A stretch of 56,442 nucleotides of DNA, taken from assembly GCA_018897295.1 (NCBI GenBank), contig JAHILA010000018.1:1-56442 (forward strand). The letters are read 5' to 3'. Positions 28,130-34,743 of this stretch are shown here, piece after piece. Positions within the stretch are counted from its first letter, which is position 1. Each line of letters begins with the position of its first letter. Origin of the DNA: Patescibacteria group bacterium. Lineage in GTDB: Bacteria > Patescibacteriota > Minisyncoccia > RBG-13-40-8-A. A program made the position numbers and the translations under genes. The notes under the pieces were generated by a model that worked only from the letters and a program-made list of their open reading frames with translations, had not been told where the DNA came from and did not search any database.

Positions 28130-29462
28130 TTATTTTTTCTTCTAAATAGGTTTTTAATTCTTTTATTTCCACTCTTTTTTGTTTCATACTATCTCTGTCT
28201 CTGACTGTTACTGTATCTTTTTCCAAAGTATCAAAATCAACTGTTATGCAGAACGGCGTGCCGATTTCATCTTGTGAAAAATATCTTTTGCCGATGTTCC
28301 CCCGGTCATCCCAGGCAATTTCGAAGCTTTTTTTCAACTCTTGATAAATCTTCCATGCTTTTTTAACTAATTCAGGTTTGTTTTTTAATAATGGGAAAAC
28401 TGCTGCTTTATACGGCGCTAATTTAGGATGCAATTTTAAAACAATGCGGCTTGTTCCGAGCTTAGTCGAGGAATCTTTTTCTTCACAATAAGCATCGATT
28501 AGAAAGAATAGAGTCGCCCTGTCCACTCCTCCTGATGTTTCAATAACCCAGGGAATAAATTTTTCTTTGGTTTCTTCGTCAAAATAAGACATGTCCTGTC
28601 CAGAATACTGCTGATGGCGGGACAAATCCCAGTCCCCGCGATGATGAATTCCTTCGCATTCTTTCCATCCAAAGGGCGTTTCATATTCAATATCCCAGGC
28701 AGCACGCGCATAATGCGCCAATTCATCTTTAGCGTGTTCCCTGAATCTTAATTTGTCTTTCTTAATTCCCAGTTTTTTATACCATTCCATCCTCGTTTTT
28801 TTCCAAAAATCATACTGTTTCATCGATTCTTTTTCATCAGGCCTAACATAATATTGAAGCTCCATTTGTTCAAATTCTATTGAGCGGTAAGTGAAATTTC
28901 CAGGAGTAATTTCATTTCTGAATGCTTTGCCGATTTGTGCAACGCCAAAAGGGATTTTCAATCTTGAAGAATTTAAAATATTTTTAAAATTAACATGGAC
29001 GCCCTGGGTGATTTCCCCGCGCAAATAAGTAATATCTTTTTCGCCTTCAACTACGCCGAGTTTGGTTTCTACAAGAATATTGAATTTTTTCGGTTCTGTC
29101 CAGCTTGTTTTTTCTTTCTTTTTCGTATGCTGTTCTTCGTGATTCTTAATTTGCTCTTTCTCGTCAACTCCAAATCTTTGGTGGCAAATTTTACACTCAA
29201 CCAGCGGGTCAACAAAATTCTGCGTATGACCGGATGCCTCCCAAACTTTTGGGTTCATTAAAATTGAAGCACTAACACCAACCACGTCTTCACGCTCTTT
29301 CACCATTGTTTTCCACCATTCCTGTTTAAGATTAAATTTCAGCTCATTTCCGAACGGACCATAATCCCATGTTCCTCGAAGTCCACCATAAATTTCAGAA
29401 CCAGGATAAATAAATCCTCGCCTTTTACATAAACTTACAATTTTTTCCATTAAATTCTCCAT
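28122..29462 (-). CDS. glyQS: glycine--tRNA ligase (alpha2 type)
   Basis: 446 aa. RRGFIYPGSEIYGGLRGTWDYGPFG, class II motifs. Confidence 0.9.
   Translation of the reverse strand: MENLMEKIVSLCKRRGFIYPGSEIYGGLRGTWDYGPFGNELKFNLKQEWWKTMVKEREDVVGVSASILMNPKVWEASGHTQNFVDPLVECKICHQRFGVDEKEQIKNHEEQHTKKKEKTSWTEPKKFNILVETKLGVVEGEKDITYLRGEITQGVHVNFKNILNSSRLKIPFGVAQIGKAFRNEITPGNFTYRSIEFEQMELQYYVRPDEKESMKQYDFWKKTRMEWYKKLGIKKDKLRFREHAKDELAHYARAAWDIEYETPFGWKECEGIHHRGDWDLSRHQQYSGQDMSYFDEETKEKFIPWVIETSGGVDRATLFFLIDAYCEEKDSSTKLGTSRIVLKLHPKLAPYKAAVFPLLKNKPELVKKAWKIYQELKKSFEIAWDDRGNIGKRYFSQDEIGTPFCITVDFDTLEKDTVTVRDRDSMKQKRVEIKELKTYLEEKINV
28450..28475. repeat. GC-rich element, family D copy 2 (inside glyQS)
   Basis: Reverse complement gattcctcgactaagctcggaacaag matches 19/22 with the pth copy. 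Confidence 0.55.
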
Positions 29463-29608
29463 ACCCCGTACTAGATTTTCGACATATTTATACTGAGTTT
29501 ATCGAAATATCAAATTAGATTATTTAGATTAATTGTTTTTTATTAATTATCACCCCGATTGTGCCCCGACCACGGTCGGGGCAGTCGAAAATTCAGTATC
29601 GGGGCATA

Positions 29609-31450
29609 TTATTCTATTACCCTACCTTCATTATATCCTACTCTTGAATCATCGGGCAGAGCAGCATCAATAGGGGAAGTGGATTTGGTTAAAGTTAAAC
29701 CCGTAAACAAATCTTTTCCCTCGATTGAAGATTCGTTAATTAAAATCGGCGTTTGACCAACTTGATTTATGGATGGCGTAAGACCTATCTGAAAAATCAA
29801 TTCATACATCGGCATCGTTATTCCTGCTCCAGCCGAAATCCTGCCAATGTCCCAAATAACTTCTTTTGTCCTTTCATTATAAGAAACCTGGCCTTTGTTT
29901 AATTTGTTAATCTGATAATTAGTCCAGCTAATTCCCTGGGGTAAAACTGCCTTAACTCTGACACTATCCAAATCATTAGAAGTATTGGTTATCTGCCAAT
30001 GCACAGTATAAGTTGTCATTGCATTAACTTTCGGAGGAATTGAACCGGTATTATAAATTCCTTGCGACGGCTCGTAATAATAAACTTTTGATTGCAAGCC
30101 GAGCTGGCTGTTAATCTTACAGCTTAATTCTTTTTCAAATTTCAGTTCTGTTCCTGCGAATTTCGCCGGCACAGTCAGAGTTTGAATTTCAGCAATTACA
30201 TTTGCCTTAAAATTTTTGTCATTAAAGCTAGAAATTGGTAAACTTTCTTTAATCCCTATTTCAAAACCCACTTCTCCGGATTGGCTAGGTTCAAGTAAAT
30301 TCAATTGCGGAATATCTGCTCCGCTCCAAGTAATCACATTTTCTCGGCTGTCAAAAAATCCTTTATTATCCAATTTGATTTCCCTGACATCAAAAACACC
30401 GTCTTTTAAATAAACTTTTAAAATCAATTCTTTTAAAGCAACGTCTGTATTGTTTTTAAATTTTATTCTGTATTTTAACTGCTGACCAGGATTAACCTTA
30501 CAATCTTCTTCTATTCCATCTATGTTTGAAACCAGCACAATCGGCGCAAGAGATATCTGAGTAATAAATTCCGATTGGCTGTATTGGATAAAATTATCGT
30601 CTTCTGTCCTGCCGATAAATCCTTTTATAACCTTATTTTCCATTTCCTGCCCACTCAGAATGCCGACCAAATTAATTGTCTTCTTTTCTCCTGGTCTCAA
30701 AGAGCCAATTTCCCAAATATCATCTTCGTCTTCTGATTTCGGCGCTGGTTCGGAGCTTTTGAATTGGAAATCATACGGATATTCCAATTTTATTTTTAAA
30801 TTATTAACAATTTCCTCTGTTCTGTTTTCATATTCAATAGCATAATTCGCCTGCTGGCCTGCAACCGCCTTTTCCGAACCTTCAATATGAATTCCGATTA
30901 AAATCGTGTCAATTTCGGCTTTTAAGGAAACCGAATTCTCAAATCGGGAATTAATATTTTGCGGTCTGTAATTTAATTTGGCAGTAATGTTTTTAATATC
31001 ACCTTTTTCGCCAAGAAATCTAATTTTAAAATTCTCTTTTCCTTCGGCTTTTCTGCCGATTGTTCCTAAATTCCTATCATCCTGAAAAACTTCTTTACCT
31101 TCAAGGGAAAAACTTCCTTTGGGATAATTTATTATTAAATGGACATCATTCAAAGAAACGCGATTATTGTTTTTATATTCCACTGTCAAAATTGTTTCTT
31201 CACCGGACGAAATATTATCGGGCGCTGTTATGCTTAAATCAATTCCGGATTTGCTAAAAGAGCTTCTGCCCCAGATAATCGCTCCGGTAATAATCAAAAT
31301 CCCGACAATAATCAAAATTGCCGAAGTTTTTGGCAGGTTTTTCCTGTTAAATAAATTCATCAATCCGCCCCCTTTTTCCGCTTGCTGTTGTTTTGTCTGA
31401 ATCGGCTGATATTGAGTATTTATCGGCTTATATTGAAAGTCGTTATTCAT
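29609..31450 (-). CDS. large membrane-anchored hypothetical protein with repeated beta-rich (DUF11/CARDB-like) modules
   Basis: 613 aa. Q-rich N-terminus, single TM, then repeated about 100-aa segments of the form ...Y.I.Y.N....L.NV.I... Confidence 0.5.
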   Translation of the reverse strand: MNNDFQYKPINTQYQPIQTKQQQAEKGGGLMNLFNRKNLPKTSAILIIVGILIITGAIIWGRSSFSKSGIDLSITAPDNISSGEETILTVEYKNNNRVSLNDVHLIINYPKGSFSLEGKEVFQDDRNLGTIGRKAEGKENFKIRFLGEKGDIKNITAKLNYRPQNINSRFENSVSLKAEIDTILIGIHIEGSEKAVAGQQANYAIEYENRTEEIVNNLKIKLEYPYDFQFKSSEPAPKSEDEDDIWEIGSLRPGEKKTINLVGILSGQEMENKVIKGFIGRTEDDNFIQYSQSEFITQISLAPIVLVSNIDGIEEDCKVNPGQQLKYRIKFKNNTDVALKELILKVYLKDGVFDVREIKLDNKGFFDSRENVITWSGADIPQLNLLEPSQSGEVGFEIGIKESLPISSFNDKNFKANVIAEIQTLTVPAKFAGTELKFEKELSCKINSQLGLQSKVYYYEPSQGIYNTGSIPPKVNAMTTYTVHWQITNTSNDLDSVRVKAVLPQGISWTNYQINKLNKGQVSYNERTKEVIWDIGRISAGAGITMPMYELIFQIGLTPSINQVGQTPILINESSIEGKDLFTGLTLTKSTSPIDAALPDDSRVGYNEGRVIE

Positions 31451-31468
31451 GTTTATATTATATCATTT

Positions 31469-31945
31469 TTAGTACAAATTTTCTATTTCTTTCATCTCTT
31501 CAGGATTATAGCCTAAAAGACTTATTAGCTTTTTTTCAAACTTGTCCGCCAAAGTTTTAATGGAGGCAGAGTCTGCGCAATTTAAATCCTTAAATGTTCC
31601 CAAAACCAATTTCCAGATATCTTCATCCCTTTCTTCTCCGACAATCGCCTCATTGATTAAATCTGCCAGTTTTTTGGCAATTTTTATTTTCTCCAAATCT
31701 TTTTTGATATTTAAAAATTGATCAATCAAAACCGCGTCTTTTAAAATTAAAAAATTCTTGCCTTCAACAAGAATCATCTGCACATACGTAATAACTTCAA
31801 TAGAGTATCTTAATTTACTTTCTAATCTTTTCACGCCTTTGGCGAAAATATTAATCTTTCCCAATTTTTCGCTATAAATGGTCAAAAGCCGGTCAACCTC
31901 ATTGGAATCAACTGATTTCAATATAATCGCCTCGGTTTTTATCAT
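31469..31945 (-). CDS. recO: DNA repair protein RecO (short form)
   Basis: 158 aa. N-terminal OB-fold pattern MIKTEAIILKSVDSNEVDRLLTIYSEKLGKINIFAKGVKR. Shorter than the typical about 240 aa. Confidence 0.6.
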   Translation of the reverse strand: MIKTEAIILKSVDSNEVDRLLTIYSEKLGKINIFAKGVKRLESKLRYSIEVITYVQMILVEGKNFLILKDAVLIDQFLNIKKDLEKIKIAKKLADLINEAIVGEERDEDIWKLVLGTFKDLNCADSASIKTLADKFEKKLISLLGYNPEEMKEIENLY

Positions 31946-32876
31946 GCTTAAAATTCTTTAATAATTTAATCTTTAACTTGTGCCCGCTACAATGACTCAA
32001 AACTCCTAAATATGATTGAATGTTTTTGTTATTTATCCTTTCAAACATTCTTTTCTTGGTTTTGGTGCGTAAAACTCTATAATACGGTAAAGTTACATAT
32101 CCTAAAAAATCAATTCCCTGACTATATTTCCTTATAATAATCTTATCAGGATAGAAGCATAAATTCAATTGATCATTTAAGAATTGGTTTATTGGATTTA
32201 TTAGTTTCTGTAGCTTATCCTTATTTTTGTCTAAAATTACGAAGTCATCTGTATAACGGAGGTAATGTTTAATTTTTAATTTGTGTTTTACAAATTGGTC
32301 TAACTTATTTAAATAAATATTGGCAAAATACTGGCTTGTAAGATTGCCGAGAGGAATGCCCTTATTTGTTTCTGAATTAAAACTAAAAATTATTTCTTTA
32401 ATCAACCGTAAAATATCATTATCCTTTATTCTCTCCTTTAAAATTTTAATTAAGACATCGTGGTCAACGCTGTCAAAAAACTTCTTAATATCGCACTTTA
32501 AACAATAGAAATTAAATTTATTGTTTTGGCTCTGTTTTAATGAAAATGTTCTTAACCTATTAACTGCTTTGTGTGTTCCTTTATTGATTCGGCAGGAATA
32601 AGAGTCATAAATAAATATTTTGTCGTAAATATTGTTTAGATGTTTTGAGATTAAATGATGAATAATTCTATCTCGGACTTTGGCTTTGTGGATATAACGT
32701 GGTTTCGGATCATTAATACGAAATGAAGTGTATCCGGAATGTTTGTAGGTTTTATTCTTTAATTCTTGGTATAATTGGAATATATTGTCTTCCAAATTAA
32801 ATTCAAATTCCAAAACATCTTTTCTTTTTGATTTTCCTTTTTTGAATTCTCGCCAAGACGAAAACAAATTTTCCAA
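31908..32876 (-). CDS. diversity-generating retroelement reverse transcriptase (true N-terminus probably further upstream, to 32971 via the homopolymer)
   Basis: 322 aa from a TTG. Motif 4 IPLGNLTSQYFANIYL (DGR-type GxxxSQ), YTDDFVIL catalytic box, DPKPRYIHKAKVRDRIIHH. The frame stays open upstream and encodes a Brt-like IKRHNFEKINNYGDLITLENLF. Confidence 0.9.
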   Translation of the reverse strand: MENLFSSWREFKKGKSKRKDVLEFEFNLEDNIFQLYQELKNKTYKHSGYTSFRINDPKPRYIHKAKVRDRIIHHLISKHLNNIYDKIFIYDSYSCRINKGTHKAVNRLRTFSLKQSQNNKFNFYCLKCDIKKFFDSVDHDVLIKILKERIKDNDILRLIKEIIFSFNSETNKGIPLGNLTSQYFANIYLNKLDQFVKHKLKIKHYLRYTDDFVILDKNKDKLQKLINPINQFLNDQLNLCFYPDKIIIRKYSQGIDFLGYVTLPYYRVLRTKTKKRMFERINNKNIQSYLGVLSHCSGHKLKIKLLKNFKHDKNRGDYIEIS

Positions 32877-32928
32877 AGTTATTAAATCGCCGTAATTATT
32901 AATTTTTTCAAAATTATGTCTTTTAATG

Positions 32929-32939
32929 CCCCCCCCCCC
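32929..32939. repeat. C11 (G11 on minus strand) homopolymer tract
   Basis: Counted directly: gcc + ccccccccc. Lies between the ATG and the conserved body of both the RT (minus) and the Avd-like ORF (plus). Confidence 0.95.
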
Positions 32940-32941
32940 AA

Positions 32942-33286
32942 CGGGTTGAAAACGAAGTTTCTATCGTTCATAAAATTATTGAGTTCTATAAATTATTCCA
33001 CGAATACTTAAAGTCATTTCCAAGATCTGAGAAATATACATTAGGAGAAAAAATCGAAAATCTAATTATAGAATTACTGATAACTACATTGAAAAGTGCT
33101 TACTCACATAAGGACAAAAAATTGCCATTATTGAATAAAATTGATAACAGAATTTTTATTTAAAAAACACTTATTCGATTAGCGAAAGAGGTTAAGTCAT
33201 TAGATATTAAAAAATATATTGCTTTAGAGAAAAAACTGCAAGAAATCGGAAAAATGCTAGGCGGTTGGATTAAATCAATAAAATAA
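32942..33286 (+). pseudogene. avd: Avd-like four-helix-bundle accessory protein (23S rRNA IVS protein family). As assembled it has no in-frame start and an internal TAA.
   Basis: Manual translation: RVENEVSIVHKIIEFYKLFHEYLKSFPRSEKYTLGEKIENLIIELLITTLKSAYSHKDKKLPLLNKIDNRIFI*KTLIRLAKEVKSLDIKKYIALEKKLQEIGKMLGGWIKSIK*. The FPxxEKYxLG and IGKMLGGWI motifs are typical. The stop is at 33161-33163. Confidence 0.6.
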
Positions 33287-33294
33287 ACTAAACG

Positions 33295-33321
33295 AAAGAG
33301 CATCTAATAATGATGCTCTTT
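33295..33321. terminator. hairpin aaagagcatc-taataat-gatgctcttt: terminator of the avd-like gene on +, and a structured element just 3' of TR on the minus transcript
   Basis: Perfect 10-bp stem followed by a T-run on + strand. Sits 18 nt from the TR 3' boundary. Confidence 0.45.
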
Positions 33322-33338
33322 TTCGCGCGGAGAGACTT

Positions 33339-33464
33339 CTGGAGAAAACCAGACGCCGAACCATAGTTGGCATTAGTGTTGCTCACCCAATTCGTGTTGA
33401 ACTTGACCTTGCCATCGTTAAAGTTGAAATACGGCGCGCGGCTGAAATCGCCATCAGCATCAGG
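33339..33464 (-). repeat. DGR template repeat (TR)
   Basis: Gap-free 126-nt alignment to VR1 and VR2. The TR is A-rich on the coding-sense strand (7 Asn codons in YFNFNDGKVKFNTNWVSNTNANY). Confidence 0.85.
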
Positions 33465-33601
33465 TTTATTGTTTTTGTCCGTCTGTTTCACTGGAAATCG
33501 AGATTGGCTTTATATACCAAAATTCTCTCAATCCTGCATTTTATTCGACGGCACCCTAATAATATTAGAGACCCACGCCAGACAAAAACAAGCAGTATCT
33601 C

Positions 33602-33610
33602 ATTATAGCA
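33602..33610 (-). promoter_or_regulatory. extended -10 promoter (TGCTATAAT) about 130 nt upstream of TR, candidate TR-RNA/RT promoter
   Basis: Minus strand reads agtgTGcTATAATg. No strong -35. Confidence 0.35.
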
Positions 33611-33703
33611 CACTCTTGGAAGTCGTGACCACCAAGATTCTGGCTATTTATAGTTTATCAAATTCTTATTTTTAAAACAATATTTATTTTTATAAATTAA
33701 AAT

Positions 33704-33731
33704 GCGGGATGCCTCCATTGAGACATCCCGC
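33704..33731 (-). terminator. conserved GC-rich hairpin 22 nt downstream of the target-1 stop codon (28 nt beyond the VR1 3' boundary): terminator and/or DGR target-recognition cruciform
   Basis: gcgggatg...catcccgc stem. The same element with a 12-bp perfect stem sits at the equivalent position after VR2. Confidence 0.6.
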
Positions 33732-33753
33732 CAAGAATTCAAGAATTCCAGAG

Positions 33754-34620
33754 TTACTGCTGGAGAAAACCAGACGCCGAACCATAGTGGGCACTAGCGC
33801 TGCCCACCCAATCCGTGCCGAACCTGACCTCGCCACCGCTAAAGCTGAAACACGGCGCGCGGCTGAAATCGCCATCAGCAGCAGGCGCGTATTCGTCACC
33901 AGCGCAGTCGATCCAAGGATCGTCGTAGTGCTGGAGACGTTCGGGATGCGTGAGAATCATGCACCCGATTTTGAATGCGCCGAGTCCGAACTCATTGCCT
34001 GTAAAGACCTCACGGGCCCGACGAACGGAGCGACCCCGGTGACGAAGACCGAACTGCGAGGCAACGACCAGAATGTCGAAGCCCGTTTGTTGGTTACCTA
34101 ACATCTGGAGCTTCTTGGCCGTGCGCTCATGCTGCCGGAGATACTGCTCTCCGATCCTGCCTTCGCGGTGGTTGTAGAAGTTGCCGTCGCGCTGCTTCTT
34201 GATCAGATCGAGCACCTTCTGTACTGCTTCGTTGTAGGTCTTGGCGACCGACTGCCAACGCGGGATGGCGAACCATCCTTCGGCATTCGGCGGAAGCGGC
34301 TGCTGTGCCAACTTCTCATCGGCGAATCCGGCGCCTGGGAAGAGTTGCCGCAGGATGTTGGTCTGCTCCGTGATTCCTTTCGGCTTGTAGCCCGACAGGT
34401 ATCCGTAGCTGGACTTTACTTCCTCGTCGGCGAACTGGTTGCTCAGCGAGTGCTTCTTGATGGAAACGGTAATGTCGGCTTGGAATTCGTCGCCGTTCTC
34501 GATGAGTTTCTGAATACCGTCCTTGTCGAGGAGACCCTCGGCAATTGCGCGATCCACAGCATCTTCCGCGAACCGCTTAACCTGTTTCTGTTGACCCGAC
34601 GTGATCGATTGTGTCGTCAT
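33754..34620 (-). CDS. DGR target (variable) protein 1, GC-rich, no signal peptide, C-terminal VR
   Basis: 288 aa. C-terminus GDFSRAPCFSFSGGEVRFGTDWVGSASAHYGSASGFLQQ. RBS aaaggag upstream. Paralog of 42888-43763. Confidence 0.85.
   Translation of the reverse strand: MTTQSITSGQQKQVKRFAEDAVDRAIAEGLLDKDGIQKLIENGDEFQADITVSIKKHSLSNQFADEEVKSSYGYLSGYKPKGITEQTNILRQLFPGAGFADEKLAQQPLPPNAEGWFAIPRWQSVAKTYNEAVQKVLDLIKKQRDGNFYNHREGRIGEQYLRQHERTAKKLQMLGNQQTGFDILVVASQFGLRHRGRSVRRAREVFTGNEFGLGAFKIGCMILTHPERLQHYDDPWIDCAGDEYAPAADGDFSRAPCFSFSGGEVRFGTDWVGSASAHYGSASGFLQQ
33760..33885 (-). repeat. DGR variable repeat 1 (VR1)
   Basis: 15 mismatches to TR, all at TR adenines (T on + strand). The 3' 28 nt (33760-33787) are identical to TR (IMH-like). 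Confidence 0.85.
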
Positions 34621-34709
34621 CGTCTTTCTCCTTTTTCCGTTTGGCTTTGTAATTTAAGGGGTTTTCCCCACCTGCGGAATATATAAATAAAAAATTCTTG
34701 TTTTCTTGT

Positions 34710-34738
34710 ATTTTAGGGTACTGGTTATAGTATAGCAA
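34710..34738 (-). promoter_or_regulatory. putative sigma70-type promoter of target gene 1 (TTGCTA-17-TAAAAT)
   Basis: Same spacing and -10 are conserved upstream of target gene 2 (GTGCTA-17-TAAAAT), within a conserved leader. Confidence 0.45.
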
Positions 34739-34743
34739 AATGA

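Noticed and set aside
33288-33491. 67-aa ORF (MKQTDKNNKPDADGDFSRAPYFNFNDGKVKFNTNWVSNTNANYGSASGFLQKSL...) listed in the track
   Set aside because: It is the DGR template repeat read in the frame inherited from the target gene. It has an Asn/Lys-rich composition, no RBS and no homology beyond the repeat, so it is annotated as TR and not as a CDS.
33690-34686. Stack of overlapping ORFs on both strands (33690-33899 -, 33709-34101 +, 34129-34686 +)
   Set aside because: These are shadow ORFs caused by the high GC content (few stop codons) of target cassette 1. Only the 33754-34620 minus frame has an RBS, a paralog and the VR.
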